A stretch of DNA of 64,000 nucleotides, taken from Nymphaea colorata. Its lineage: Eukaryota. Shown in pieces: positions 42,519-56,962 of this stretch. Under the pieces are notes generated by a model, which was not told the DNA's origin, did not search any database, and saw only the letters and a list, made by a program, of their open reading frames with translations. The stretch covers positions 10,106,001 through 10,170,000 of the forward strand of contig NC_045138.2 in assembly GCF_008831285.2 (NCBI RefSeq). The letters are read 5' to 3'. The position numbers and the translations under genes are program-made. The stretch's first letter is position 1, and each line of letters begins with the position of its first letter.

Positions 42519-44949
42519 GTTTTATCCTTTGTAAATATCATCTTAACTTAGTACAAAACATCAAACCGTACTAAAATTTATTTAACTGTTGTAACATGAC
42601 ATTTTTTAAGCAAAAGAGGCCAAATGTGGGTGGCATCACTCAAGGAGCATTTTAAAAATTTCAATATTATTTTATGATTGAAATCCTAAAATGGATCGCT
42701 GGGATAAATTTTGTGACGATGTAGAATGATCTGGTGATTTTAGATCTGTAATTGAGGGCTGAAATATACATTTGGATTTGGAAAGAATAGGATTTGAAAT
42801 TAAATTTGGATTGAAGGATTTGAAACAGAGATTTGATTCAAATGGATTTTGGATCTTATATTTTGGATTGATTTTAGATTGATATGATATGTAGAATAGA
42901 GATCTGGATTTGGAATAGACAATAGAGATTGTATTGCTGAATTGGACCAAAATCCCAGGTCTAAAGTAGATTGTGGATTGGTTCCTGGATATGAATCCTG
43001 ATTGATAATTAAAGATCGAGATTTGATAGCAAGAATTGGATATGGAGTAGAAAATATATCATGGGCTTGTTTATAATTGGGATATGAATGAAGATTTGAG
43101 TTATAGAAGGATGGTAATTTGGATCTAATAGTGTGGGTCTAGATACAAAATGTAGACTAGATACTGATTTTGAAGAAAGTTGGGTGTACTTTATGTAGGT
43201 CCTTCTAGACTCAGTGAGGTTCAAGCCATGCTAACTGAAACTGGTTGCGTTAGAGACTTGATCAAAGGTGACTTAAGGTTTGACCAAGGTTGACAGGCTC
43301 GAACCTATTGACCTGGCTTGAGTCAAATAGGTTTGACAAGGGACCTAGGCCCGAATCTAGACTACCTAGACTACACCCAACAAAATGGACTTGATGAGCC
43401 AGGTGGTTTTGTCTTGGCTCGAGATCAGGGCTCACATATTTCAAGCATTCATGCTAAACATAAGTCTACTAAGTTTAAAACTTAGGAAGACATAAAATGC
43501 AAATATGAAAAAAGACCAAAGTACCCTTACACGTCCCATGCAGAATGGCCATTTTTCCCTTTTTTTCCATGCCTAGTTTTTAAATGGAACTATGTGATAT
43601 AAATCATTCCACATTGAAGACCATGCAAAAATTTTCTTGTATATGGAATTTCACATCAAAATTTTTCCCACATTATCCAGAAATTGAGTTTTAAAAATTG
43701 ACTTGATTGTTTTGGGAATTGATACTAATGGAGTGATCTAGAAATGACCTAAACTGAAGCTGCCCAATCATGATAAGCTGAAAAACTGAAGAATACTGAT
43801 GACAATTGAGATAGAAATTGGGTCACAAGGTCACTATAAGCATCATTAGTGAAATGACTCGATCTAGTGAAGGATTAGAATTGAGCTGCTTCTTGGACAT
43901 TTGAACTCAAACCAATCTGAGGTAAGCTAAATTGAGCTAGGAAAACACAATGGTGAAGTCAGTTCAAGCAGATTACCCTTGACTGAGCCAGAATTGAAAC
44001 TAGGATTTTTCCGAGTATAATGAGTTTGTCCTGAGATAGGGTTTTTCCTTGCTAAGCTAGTTCAAGGAGGTTGAACTTTATGAGCCACTAAGGGCGAGCT
44101 TCTTCAGCCAAAATAAGCTAGACTTGAGTATGGTTGGGAAATTGGCAGCAAAATTGAGCTTGAATTATATCACTTCCTCATAAATCATTCCATTTGAGCT
44201 CCCATTGATTGGTCTAATTAATTGGAATGTCTATAGAAAATTACTCTATGAGCCACCAAAGTTAAGTTCGTTTGATTATGATTGTCCTATGCTAAGTTTG
44301 GTTTGAAATTTGATTGCACTTTTGGGATTAGATTGAGCTCATCCCCTTCGAAATGAGTTGTTTTGGCTCAATTGAACCAAACTAAATATCGACAAATTGA
44401 GGTTTTTATCACTAGTAGATAAATTTGACCTAGAAGGGGATTGATTGTAGGGCACTAGTGTTCAACAGGGTAATTACTAGAATTTACTAATGTTTTACTA
44501 AGAAATGAGGGCAAGACGGTAAAAATGGTACTAGGTAACCATGGAGAATTGAGGTTCTGTTAGATCCTAAATCTCTAGATCTAAATTAAATAGGTTGAAT
44601 CAATTTTCGGCAAAGGCGCCAATGTAAGTTGAAAGCATTTGGAAGACATTGATAAAATGGTTTGAAAACAGGTGGAAGATTGTTTGAAAACTGTTTAAAA
44701 TAGACCAGGGTATGATAACAGATGGCTGGGGCTGGGTTTAGGGTAAAGTGGAAAATGTAGGTTGCTGACATACCTCCTGATGCACAATGGATTGTTGTTT
44801 CAAGCTTAGTGTCTATCAAATTGGATCGCATAAATTACTTTTTTTGGTGATTCCAAATAGAATTCATGATCTTTTTCTCTCAAGATTTAATTAAAACTGT
44901 TATGGATCATCATATGCTCCTTACCAAGTTTTTAGTCAAGACAAAAAAA

Positions 44950-47900
44950 AGTCTTTAATATTGAAGTTTTAACCTAGAAAAGGACCAACCAGTTTGTCTT
45001 ATTTGGATAAAGCTCATCATTGGAATCAAATAAAGAGGTGTCATTATAAGTGGAAATGAAAATTCAATGACAGAAATAAGAACCAAATCAATAGGAACAA
45101 TTCTAACAATTGTGGCCCTATGATATGTCAATATTGTCAGTAGAAAAACTGCACCACTAAGAATTACTATAACATACCCAAGGTGTTTGCGGCATGGGGC
45201 AGCCCATGATAGCCGCAATCCTTCTTTGTGGTTGGATATCAAGGCCCTGTATCATATGACATTTGACACTGCATGCCTGCACTCTAAAGCTAATGGACAA
45301 GGCTCAAACAAGGTAATAGTAGCTAACCATTCAGCCATGCTAGTTACTAGTTCAAGTACAACTGTATTAACTCACAATTCATCGATGTAATGTTTTCCAT
45401 GTGCCAAAAGTTTAAAAAAATTTACTCTATTTAGCTCAATTTACTATTGATGATTAGTGTTGTTTTGAGTGCTACCCTACTAAATTTCTGGTTAAGCAGA
45501 TATACACTGTGAGGGGTGCTTCATCAAGGATAAACTAAAAACAGGGTCTATAAATGGGCTTCAAACCTACATGGATGGTTTGGTTTCACTTTTTCCAATT
45601 TCTGATGTGTTTCAATTATCAAAGCGTTAGCTATCAAATTGGGCATCCAAGTCAACAAACACTTTCTTTTTGCATAAATATAAGTTATTTATTGTACTCT
45701 GCTTTCATTTCTTTTTGCTTCAATTATGTTGCTTATAAGATGCATTCCCATCCTTCCTCTAAGTTTTGCATGTTGAGTCCTTTGGAACTTATGCTGTTTT
45801 TTGGGGACCAGCCCCACATGCTTTTAAAGGAGTTATCTATTCCCGTCAAGGTTCTCATGATTTTTTTCAATTTGAGCTTAAAGTAACACGTAGGCCCAAA
45901 TTTTCAAAAATATTATGGAAAGCCGTCTTTCTTCTCGAATTAAAATTTTTAACTCTGATTAGTGTGTTGAGTTCATGTCAAAGTCCTCAAACTTCCTAAT
46001 CCAAAATGAGATTTAGTTGTGCCTTTCTTGCTACAATGAAATGACATTGTAGAGTGCAAACATTGTCATGTTCTTTAGAATAGAATGACTCATGTATGTT
46101 GGACTTCCTACCAGTTTTTGGGTAGAGCTAAACAACTGCACTACTCTATCCATATTCCCAGCTCACCACCGACATCACTTCTAACTTTCTTCACGCATGA
46201 GCCCATGAGTAATGAGCTTGGGGAGGGGCACCTTAACCAATCTCATAGTTTTGGATCAGCTAGGTTGTCGCCTAGGCTGAATAAGTTGCCTCATGATGAT
46301 AGTCATGGTACAGATAAATTGAGGATCCAAATTCAGGTTCAGATAGTCACCATTCCGAAGATCAAAATTCAAGTTCAAATTAGTAACCAAACTATAGACA
46401 AAAGTTATTCCTCTTCAAGAATTCAGACATTCCTATAGGATAGAGTCAATCCATGATTAGAACCTATCATATCGCAACACATTCCATGGATGAAACTAGA
46501 ATTCCTAAAACTTTTCAGCCTCTGTTAATGAAGAAATTGAGCTTATAGAAACTATGAAAAAAGGTAGAAGTGATCCTAAATGGATCAAAGAGATGGAAGA
46601 AAAAAATGTTTGTCCTCAACAAATACAAATTGTGTGTCTTAGCTTCTCTTACCAAGTTAATAAACATAGTGAGGTGAAAATGGATTTATAAAATAAAGAG
46701 AAGCTATAATGGGGCTATAGCTAGATATAAAGTCAGATATGTCACAAAGGGGTAGAGTCAATAGGAAAGCATTCACTACATTGAGACAGGAAAGCATTCA
46801 CTACATTGAGACATTCAGTCTTGTGATTGTGGCAGTCACAATTTGTATAGTTCTTGCTACTGATATATCAAAAATAGAAACCTCAACTGATGGATGTAAA
46901 TAATGCTTTTTTTTATGAGATTCTCAAGGACACTGTATACATGTTTCAACTACCAGGATTTAAAGAGAAAAACATTTTACTATGTTTGTCTCCTATATGA
47001 AGCCCTTTAAGGCTTAAAATATGCTTCCAAGGCATGGTTTGATAGATTGCAATACTATCTTCAATGCTATGGATATCAAAAGTCTCAATCAGTCTCATCT
47101 CTATTTATTCGAAAGAGTAATGAGAGCATGATCTATGTACTAATTTTTGTTGATGATATTATTGTTGCAGATAGTTTTGTTAGGAAGTGCAAGCCTTAAT
47201 GAGCAGATTTGAGTTTCAATAAAATTAGCCTTCTTAAATAATTTCTTGGCACAGAAACAATCAAAGAAAAAGAAAATCAATTTCTTGTGCAAAGGCTATA
47301 TATTACAGATCTTGTCAAACATGTAAATATGTCTGAATGCAAACCAATCAATAGTTCTGCAGTGGCTAATGTCACTCCATCCAAGTACGATGTGAATTAC
47401 TTGAAGAAAGGACTTCACACATAAGTATTATTGGTGCCTTCACTATGTTGCCCTCATTAGACCAAATATCATATATACTATAAACCATGCCAGTTTACAC
47501 AAAACTTCAATCAAGAGCACTAGAGCTACATGAAACACATCTTTTGGAATCTAAAGAAATCCATTTAATATGTCTTACTATTCTCTCAAAGTAATAATCA
47601 TGCTCCAACTATTTAATCTCATGCAAACTAAGCAGGATGCCTTGATGACAGGTCTACCAGTGGATACATAGCTTATCTAGGCAACCATGTCATATAAACA
47701 ACATACCATTGCAAAGTCATGAAGTTGAAAATCAAGTGTTAGCTAGAGCTGCTACTGAAGTCATTTGATTAAAGTCTGTTTTAATGGAACTTGATTTCAA
47801 TAATGATTTAAGACCATTCTTAAATGTGATAATCTTGAAAAACACTACTTGTCCATGAATCAAGTATTTTATGCCAGAACAAACCACTTAGACTTGAATT

Positions 47901-48060
47901 ACCACTTTGTCATAGAATGAGTTGCTAGCCAGTTAAAAGTTGGAGGTCAAATATGTTGATACTGATCATCATATTGCAAACATATTATGGTTTTTCTTAT
48001 CTGGAATTCTCTTAGTTCAAATCCAAAGGCAATCTCAATGAGATTATTTTTTGAGGGGCA
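44950..48060 (+). mobile_element. Heavily decayed Ty1/Copia internal region (protease, partial integrase, RT, RNase H)
   Basis: WLDIKALYHMT (protease), QIGHPS, WGPAP, KWIYKIKR, MDVNNAF, LIFVDDII, ARTNHLDLNYHFV; PPT-like gagggg at ~48053. Confidence 0.8.
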
Positions 48061-48599
48061 GCCTTAGTAATGATGTGCAATTACTCCATCATTATGATCA
48101 AGAAAAGAAATATATAAATGAGGATTGTGATCTTACCTTCATAAGCAACATGCCAACAAGAGATTTTGGCTATTCATGTAATGAAAAAAATGCAATGAAT
48201 CTGATCTATATCCACAAATTATGCACATTGATGTAACATCCAATTTCAATCAAGGAAACCCTCACCACTAGACGATAGTCAACAATGTGAAAGGAAGAGA
48301 TGACATAGGCATATCTGTGCTACCACTACACCTTGTGTGTGTTTGTTCTCTCTCTATCGTTCTTCTCCTTGTTCTACAAGTGGCAGGACTTGCATTGAGT
48401 TAGGAGGACAAGTTTGCACTAAGGGTGTTTGGACTGAGGTCGAGTGCATCAAGAGTGCTTGGGTTTAAGAAGGACATGCGTGGAACTGGTTGAAGATGTA
48501 GTCAGGACATGGACTAAATAGGTTCTAGCCTAAGCATTCATTATATAGACCCATGAGGTTACAAGGGTTAGGTAGTAGACAAGAAGAAATATGAAACGG

Positions 48600-50480
48600 T
48601 GACAAGATTATTCACTATCCTTTTATGTTACTAACTGATGAAAGGTGGAACTCACGGTCTTCAACAAAGTGCCCTTCATCAAATAAAGCATGGTGGGAGA
48701 GGTAAAGTGACCGAGCATAAGCAGATGTTCATAACAAAGGTAGTTTTTGTGCTTAACCACAAAAAAGTCGAAGAGATTTGTGGTATAGTTGCTGAAATAT
48801 CCCTTTATATGGTTACTTGCATCCAAGACTCTACATAAAAGCCCCATTGATGGTATAAATGGAAATTTAGAAAGCATCCACCCAAAGTTTTGACTCTTGT
48901 AAGCATTGTCCAAATGGTAAGCTCTGTTTCAACAACATGACAGGTTTCTGCACTATTAGTATATTTTGCTCCATAATTTTGAGACAAGAAAATCAATGAA
49001 AAATCCCACTTTGTTGTCAGGAAGGACTTAAATAGTGTGTGGTTGTAAGTTCTCCTCCATTATTTGTTTGGAGAGTTAATCTTTGCATGCAATTGACATT
49101 CAGTAATAGAGTTAAAGGAGAAAAAAATGTTTACATGGAATTGGTAAGAGAAGCAAGAGAAACTATTTATATTATGCATATCTATCATGAGACAAGGCTA
49201 GTGAGGGTCCCCACATGTCACCATGCACAATTTCAAGAGGTGATGAGGTTTGGTGAACTACTTGCTGAAAAGGAACTTTATGTGCTTAATTTTCCAACTA
49301 GATGATGCTCACAAAATGTCTGCACATTGATCCCCGGGATTGATTCTACCATGTGACTGAAGAAAATTTATTATTGTACAAGTTGCATGTCCAAGTCTCT
49401 TATGCCAATTTTCATTTGATTGGCTTTATTTCTTACTATCAGTCATGAGTGCTTCTGGACATTAGTTTGGTAAAGACCTCCTCGAGTTTTTGGTCCTTTC
49501 AACCGTGCACTAAATTTGTGATTGATTGTTGCCAAAGTGATGTGATCACTAACATGAGGAACTAGAGAAAGGAACCACCACAACGCCATCTCCTCAATTG
49601 TCCCTTTAATTGTTATTCATTTGAGGGTCATCCATTGTCATGTGAGTTGCCAGCGCGTTTGCATACCAGCTCCCTTCTTGTAGTTATTCAAGCATATGAA
49701 GAAAAGGCTATGGAAATGTCCCAATAATCCTTCGTTGTATGCCCTCTCAGGCCCCAATATTGGCACACTGTTGAAGCTTGTTGGATCCATGAGTCCAAAT
49801 AGTCCTTTTAGAACCTTGATACTTGATCCATCTGAAACACTTCCATGTGAACCACTGTAGGGACCTCGATCTCTTCCTCCTGCCTGATGGCAGAATTTCC
49901 AATTGTGGTAGACGATTTTGATTGCCATTTGCAGCAGTCCCTTATCTTGATTTAAGAGACGATTATACAATTCAGAGAACATCATAATCATGTTTGCGGC
50001 TTATGTGGTTGTAGAAGCGTGCAAAATACTCATATTCATTTGGCAACCCAATGAGGCCTATTTGGATTAGTTGTTCATCAGTGACAACATAATCGGTTGC
50101 AGCAAGAGTATTAGCTGGGAATTCTATTCAGTGTAGATATGTTACCATATCTTTTGATTTCTTAATAAAGCGCAGCTCTTTCTTCAATAACATGATATGC
50201 ATGGGCAAATGAGACCCGCTCCTTATTGCTCCATGCTTCACGAGATGTTTACGCTCGCATGATTTGTCCTAGCACGAATCCAGCACAACGCAAGCTGGTT
50301 TGATCACCTCCAACAATAATAGTCTGGGTGAGTTTTATCTTTTTCAGTAACAAATTGTGCTAGAGCTGAGCAGGATCTTTCCATGACTTTTACAAGGTCT
50401 TGGCTCAATATCACTTGTGTGATCTGGCTCCTTAGTTGTCCTGGTTAAGTTCCACCATGGCAAGGCTTGCAATGGCATTC
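48600..50480 (-). mobile_element. Decayed Ty1/Copia gag-integrase fragment
   Basis: ANTLAATDYVVTDEQLIQIGLIGLPNEYEYF and FSELYNRLL (gag), ENWHKRLGH (GAG-pre-integrase), TLQTNNGGEL and HVVETELT (integrase). Confidence 0.8.
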
Positions 50481-52229
50481 CACACATGACAATCAGACTT
50501 GCGGCTGTGATGAACAGCATAATTTGCTCAAAGTGGAGAAAGAGAATAGAACATGGATGGGTTCTGGTGAGAGAGGATGCTGCCTTTTATCCCATAAAAG
50601 GGTTACCACTTATCAAATGTTGTTTCATTTATATCTTCGTTTATGAAACTATATATATGATGAAATACAACAGTTATCTTGAACAGTTAGAACAATATAA
50701 GGCAAGCTGTTTTGAGATACTAAACACGACAAACGCGCATTTTGGCATTTCCACATCTTACGTTTCTTGTCTCTACTTATCTCGCTTGCTGTAGGTCTAC
50801 GGTATGTGTCTACAACCAAAAAAAAAAAAAAAGGTCAAAATCCCTCTAGGACTATTTTCTTTTGGTTAGATTTAAACCATGATACGCCAAATTTTTAGGC
50901 CCCTTTTGGATGGTAGGTTAAAAACATGTTTTAACATAAACTAGGTTTACCTTCAAATCAGGATTTTGGCGAAAGTGGAGTTTGCAGGAAAACCCCGAAT
51001 TTGCTAAAGACCTGGTTTGTTTTGTTGGGGTGTCACAGAGATCCTCCTCCTGCTAAAGTAATAAGAAAGGTCAGAGGCTTAAGGAAGAGGAAAGCTCCGG
51101 AAACTTCTTCCCTGCTTGAGCAAAACCTAGTTCTTTACCACCGGCAAGATAGAAAAGATTCGTTAGACACCGAAAACCAAGTTGCAGATCCTGTGTGATG
51201 CCATGTGTCTTTAGAAGAACTTGTAGGTTTCCTCATTTCTCAAGACTGCGCCGGATGAGACAGGTGGTGTTACTTGACAAGGTTGAGGAATATGCTGCAT
51301 CTGACTCTTCAAATATCAAGATCAGTTCATATAAAGTTAAATGTATGGCACGTTTGCATGAACTAGGCTGATCAACGATCAGGCAAACGGGTCAAATGGA
51401 CAGATGCCATATGGTTAGCATGTCAAAACCAAGTTACGTAGCTTAGTTACCATGATGACCTCTTGAGAGGCATATCATGTAGAAGTTGAAACTCCAGGTG
51501 AAACTTGTTGGGTAAAACAAGGTAGGATTGACGCCTGACGTGTTCATGAATTTGCCAGCCAGTCTCTCTTAATTGCAGCTTTAATATTGTTCAACTATGA
51601 CAATATGTCCGACGTTGGCAACGAGAAGATTTGAGGAAACATTATAAAAAAAAATGTTCTAGATCATACTTTTACATAAAAACGTAAATATAAAGCCTTA
51701 AAGCTGCCTGAGATGTTGTAAACCAATGCCGTTGGTGGTTTGGAATTATGATTCAAAAATGAAAATTCCAAAATCATAATTCCTTTTCAGACTGGAATAG
51801 AATCATATTTCCAGGTTTTAGTTTCCTAATTCCAAAAAAAAGAAAAAGAAAAACTCCGTTTGTTTAACAACTCCAATTTCTTAAAAAATGGGCATTTACC
51901 AATTTTTATGCAAGCATTTTGTGGTTTACAACTTATTTGCTACTAAAAATTAAACATGTAAGTAGAACATATGCATCTAATTGGACGACTTGCAACAAAA
52001 GACATATTCTTTGTGAAAAGGATTGCCCTTTATTCTTAAGTGGGTATAGGTGATTACAGGAACTGTATCAATACTATATATGTCCGTGTGCGTATGTGCG
52101 AGTGTGCGATGTAATAAAGCATACTGAACAATGCCTGTAAGTGGTTTCAACACAGTAGATCTGCATGTCTTATAGATTCTATGGTACTTAGCAGCGAACT
52201 AATGTATAGAAACACAATTAGGTACTTTT

Positions 52230-52396
52230 AGGGGTCATTTGACAATTTTAACAAACTCTTATTGTTTTATGAACTTACTTCAAAAACTGAGGCAGATTCG
52301 TAGAACAAACAAATAAAGTGTTTCATGAAGCTGCTCCATTTTTTGGGCAGATTCATGAGACAATAACAATTTATTATTGTTGCCAAAACAGACCTT
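52230..52396. mobile_element. Possible Tourist-like MITE
   Basis: aggggtcatttgacaa pairs imperfectly with ttgccaaaacagacctt; internal inverted symmetry. Confidence 0.45.
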
Positions 52397-53766
52397 GAAC
52401 ATCTTTAAAGTGGTAAGTGATTAATCAAACTGCTCAAACAGACCTTGCCATTTTTTTTTCACTGGAAGAGTACTATCAATTCGACTTAGTTAGTTCAATA
52501 ATAGACTAGCTACTGTGTGTGTGTATAAAATTCGTCCATATGTACGTGATGAACTGTAGGGCTGGTTTAACAGAGATTAGCTTTTGAATAGCCAAAAACT
52601 ATGCATATTTTAGTGATAAGTACACAGACGTCAATTTTTTAGGCTAATGACGTATTCTTTGTCCAAAAGTAAATGTAGTTTTTATGTTTCTTTAATGTTT
52701 ACATGGGGGAAACCTCGTTTGGTGTCAAACTTCCAAGGCCACACCCCTATGTCTCTAAGGTTTATGCTTGTATTGGGGCTTGGGTGGTTCTATAATACAT
52801 CCTTTAATTCAAGTGTTGTGTTTGCCATTGTTTATCGTCGAAAGGAGTAATACACTAGATGATGATATCGACCATCATATTTGAACCGCAGACCTCTTAA
52901 GTGTGAACCACCTTGAAGCCTGATTGCACTATGTTCCTTGAGACAAAAAAAATATATATGTGTTGATTTATAAGTCTTTTATCATACTGAGTGCATCTAG
53001 CTGCACTATTAGATCACATCTGTGTGTGTGTGTGTGTGCATGTTGGATCAGGCACCTAGTTCTATAAACAGGATCAAGTTAACGTTGGACTGTATTATCT
53101 AAAGTTCTTTCTCGCAATATACATGGACGAACAATGAGAATTCTTAACTGTTTGAGTCACAATAGAAAGAAGCAAAGGATTCCATAAACAATAGTGTCGT
53201 GGACTTTAGACCGACAACTATGTGTTCAGAACTTGCGTGGATCCTGACTGGTTCACATACATGGTGGGCGCTGTGGGTCAGATCCTTTTTCTTGCTAACC
53301 ACTTGCGGTCAGTCACTCGTGCCCCTATTCATTTTCTCGCTTTCATTAATTGTCTCTCGATTAAATATCTAAATATCGCAAACACTATGAGCATGGTTTC
53401 ATCAATCAAATCATAAACATGAATGGAAATTAAATGTCATATTTCTTACATAGAACCAAAAATATTATTATAAAAACCAAAAATATAACTAAATTTTATA
53501 AAGTTCATAACTTAGTGGTCTTGGCTTCTTTGGCTCATAATCTAATCTAAGATCGATCTTCAAGATACTTTTTCTTTGTTTATATACACTTCCACGAAGT
53601 TTCCTTGTCTATATAGTGGTCAGATTCATGAAACACCATTTAAAACAATAAGAGGTTTTCTAACGGGTATGTCTACATCAGATGTGGGGCGTGCGACGTA
53701 ATGAATCCATAATATGCTTTTGGCTTCATAAGTGGTCATTCCTTTAATTTGGCAGAAGATCCAAAA

Positions 53767-53824
<58 letters not shown>

Positions 53825-53948
53825 ATCGGTGTGACCTGAGTTTCTGTTGTATGTTGTGTTATGAGATGTAAAACCTGGTACATTCACCTCTCAAGCAGGA
53901 AGTTACAACACGCGAGAGCTTACTAGAGAGAGATTAGTTGAGAATATT

Positions 53949-54435
53949 TAGAGAAGTCAATGGATTTAATTCAAGTTAGATATACACATAACTGTATCTA
54001 CTTTTTCGGATACTCATATGTTCATATTCGAATTCATGTTCGAATACATGCATAGAAAAGTCCTATTAAATCCGAATCTAGAATTTGATTTCACAAAATG
54101 AATCCAATTTGAATCCGATTTTTATATCATATTTGAATCTGAATCTGAATTTTGAACCAAATTTGACTGATTTTCAAGAGCATTAGATACAAAATAGTGG
54201 TTTAAAAGTAAATCCGATCCATTAGTATCTGAATCTGATCGGATATTTATGTGTATCTGAATCTGAATCTGAATCCAATAGATACAGTTTCTTAAATTCG
54301 AATCCGATCTGATTTCTCAGTTGAATAATAAATTTTTTCATATCCATTTTTTCCAGAGTGGTTAGATCAGATATTCGATTTTCCAGAGTGGTTTGATCAG
54401 ATATTCTATTCAAAACTGATATGTTAACATCCCTA
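53949..54435. mobile_element. hAT-type MITE (TAGGGATGTCAA-type TIR) just upstream of the small gene
   Basis: TIRs tagagaagtcaa and ttaacatcccta; 8-bp TSD agaatatt vs tgaatatt; many ATCCGA/ATCTGA repeats. Confidence 0.75.
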
Positions 54436-54813
54436 TGAATATTCTTAATTAATTTTCTGTACTCTTTGAATTGTAATACTGAGATAGATTATAAAATCAG
54501 TTCAGATCCATCAAATTGGATGCTTGTGCATTTTGGACCTAAGGATTGAAAAAAAAAAGAAAGAGGGGCAAGAACCGTTCCACTTAGCCTCTTAATAACA
54601 TCGCTAATGTCAAAATCAACACTCCAGCTCACTTGGGGAGAGAGAGAGAGAAACTCACTTGGAGAGAGAGAGGTTGTAGTCACGAATGAACAAGGGTTGC
54701 TTACCCGGCGTGTTAGTTTAGCGAATAAATCAAACCCACACGTCACCTTCCTCTTCTCTTTCCTCTTCTCTTTGGAAACAACAAAAAATAAAATTAGTGC
54801 GCCTTTCTCCTGT

Positions 54814-54820
54814 TATAAAA
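54814..54820 (+). promoter_or_regulatory. Probable TATA box of the 54994 gene
   Basis: TATAAAA 180 bp upstream of the ATG, with an ACGT-core element (ccacacgtca) at ~54736. Confidence 0.45.
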
Positions 54821-54993
54821 TGAATGTTAGCCAAACTATTAGCCAACGACAACAACAAAGTCCAGCCCTCGCCTGCTACGCACTGCATCCGAAAGAGAGA
54901 GAGATAAAACAAAAAATTCTTCCTCCATTTTTTCTTCTCATCTTCTTGAGTAGAGAGAAGTGTCTGTGTGTTGTGTTCATAAATTTACAAAAT

Positions 54994-55332
54994 ATGGGTG
55001 TGATCAGGATCCACCGTAAAAGGCCACGGATTAAGGCTTTCAGGCTAAACGCCGGTCGGCTGCCCGTGCAGCAGATGCAGGTAAAACTAATGGATTTCTT
55101 GAGGCTGCTGAGAAAGATGAAGTCCATCTGGGAGAAGGCGATGGAGTCGCTGAAGAAGGAGCCGAAGGAGGAGGTGAGGATCGCCCCCAGCAGCAGGCCG
55201 CCGCAGAAGTGCCTAAGGAGGTGGGAGTCCAACGCCTTCTACGCGGAGGCCATCGCCGACTGCTTGGAATTCATCAAGCGGACGTCGTTGCAGGTCGAGC
55301 CGGAGAACAAGGTACCGAGATTGGTGCAGTAG
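54994..55332 (+). CDS. Intronless 112-aa uncharacterised plant protein (N-terminal FRLN.RL.VQ, C-terminal SNAFYAEAIADCLEFIKR motif)
   Basis: A sharp GC/GC3-rich, CpG-retaining island matches the ORF from ATG 54994 (aatATGG context) to TAG 55330-55332. The C-terminal motif resembles a plant-specific family of unknown function I recall. Confidence 0.85.
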   Translation: MGVIRIHRKRPRIKAFRLNAGRLPVQQMQVKLMDFLRLLRKMKSIWEKAMESLKKEPKEEVRIAPSSRPPQKCLRRWESNAFYAEAIADCLEFIKRTSLQVEPENKVPRLVQ

Positions 55333-56769
55333 TACTCAATCGTGATGAGTTGCTTCAAATTCATGGCGCTTCTGTTTAATTTCTCACTGGGGTGCGTTTC
55401 TGCGTCACAAAGGTTTGGAGTAATTTTTTCTTTACTTGTTGGAGCTGTTGCTTCTCTTGCGGTTGTGTACGTTCATCGAAATATGAAATCTGTACATTCC
55501 GGGATGTCAAGGAAGGATGAGGAATTAGCAAATTCCTTTTTGTAAATGAATGAGATCAATTATATGTGGATTTCTTCCTCCTTGGTATTCTTCCGCTCCA
55601 TATGTATTTTTAGAGGGGGAGAGAGAGAGAGAGAGAGAGTGGTGTGTCAGAATGCTCTTCCCCCGAAAATGGAAGCTGAAACTTCTGTTTCTGTTTTTCC
55701 GCATGTAAGATATTTTTCAAAATGCTCTGAATCATCTCAAAAGTATAAATCAGCAAAACACAGCAAAAAAAGCTCAAGTTTTTTATCATCTTAATTTCAT
55801 AATATATATATCTATAGAAGCGTGAAATCAGCAGTACTGTTTTTCTCGATACTTTAGAAGGGAAAATCATTAATGTTTGCACAGGACCATGATACTCAAT
55901 GGAATCGAAGATGAAGACTATATTCAAGGGAACCATCATAACCTGTCATGGCGCTTTAGTTTTAGTCCATCAGGCCTCCAAAGGCTAAGAAATAACATAC
56001 AGCGATACATATATATGATTGATTAATTAGCATGTTTCTACTAGTTTTAGTTGTCAATCTTGGCCACCGAGTGATGTTCATGGTGGTTTTAAAACCATTA
56101 TCATCTTCATGAAGTTGCTATGGTTTTAGATTTTTTGGTATCATCTGCGAAAGTTGAAATTTGAACATTTTGGATTGTCAAAGATATTTGACTAAACTTA
56201 TTGCCTAATAAATGAAGCATACTTCTTCTACAAGCTTAGATGCAGCATTTGTCAGCAACAGCAGGCGGAAATATACCACTTCCGGATACATAGACGAGGC
56301 GTGTCACGTGAACCTATACATAGAACAAATATTCGAACCTAAAGGCACGGTAGCTTTTTCTGCAGGTGAGCAAGAGTGTGTTTAAAGACATGAAAATTGT
56401 GAAAATTGTTTTGAAGCAATATCATAAGTCTATTTGAAACATGTTCTCAAGCTTTTTCTCACATGAAACTGGATTAATTATGTATAAATAAAAAGTATAG
56501 TATCACAGGCTACGACAACAAGGTGTCTCAGCTCTTTTGATTGCTTCATGAAAAATAAATATGATTGCAAGATTTTTTGACATAAACATTGGTTTCTCGT
56601 TCATACAATTAATTGCAAGGACAAATAGGCCTGAATATTTTCACTAAGAATAGATTTTCTTATAGAGATAACAAAATCCATATCTTAAACTTTTGCACCA
56701 CAGTCTTAGATGCTTCCTACTAGAAGTTGTTTGACAAGACTCTCTCTCTATCTCTCTTTTTATATATAT

Positions 56770-56962
56770 ATTGAATGATGATTCTGACTATCTAGAGTCA
56801 CCTAGCCATCTAACTATAGTCATTTATGTAAAGCAATGGATAGTTACAGAAAAACAAACAAAAAAAACATGAACTAATATTAAATAATGAAAATGTCTGT
56901 CGTCTTTTTCTCTTAACCATCTGTCACATTGAATCGAGCAACCCTGATTAGATGGTAGTCAT
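56770..56962. mobile_element. (TA)n-flanked foldback MITE; related copies at ~59584-59752 and ~60462-60680
   Basis: Shared core acctagccatctaact / acttagtcatctaatt. The 60630-60675 arm is roughly the reverse complement of 56771-56815. All three copies are bordered by TA repeats. Confidence 0.6.

Noticed and set aside
42701..43668. Mutator-like element bounded by gggataaatttt / aaaatttttccc
   Set aside because: The terminal match is short and there is no 9-bp TSD.
54607..54993. N-terminal 129 aa of the 241-aa ORF in the track
   Set aside because: It is AT-rich promoter/5'UTR sequence with a TATA box and GA repeats; coding-like composition starts at ATG 54994.
54876..55232. 118-aa minus-strand ORF
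   Set aside because: Antisense shadow of the GC-rich plus-strand gene.
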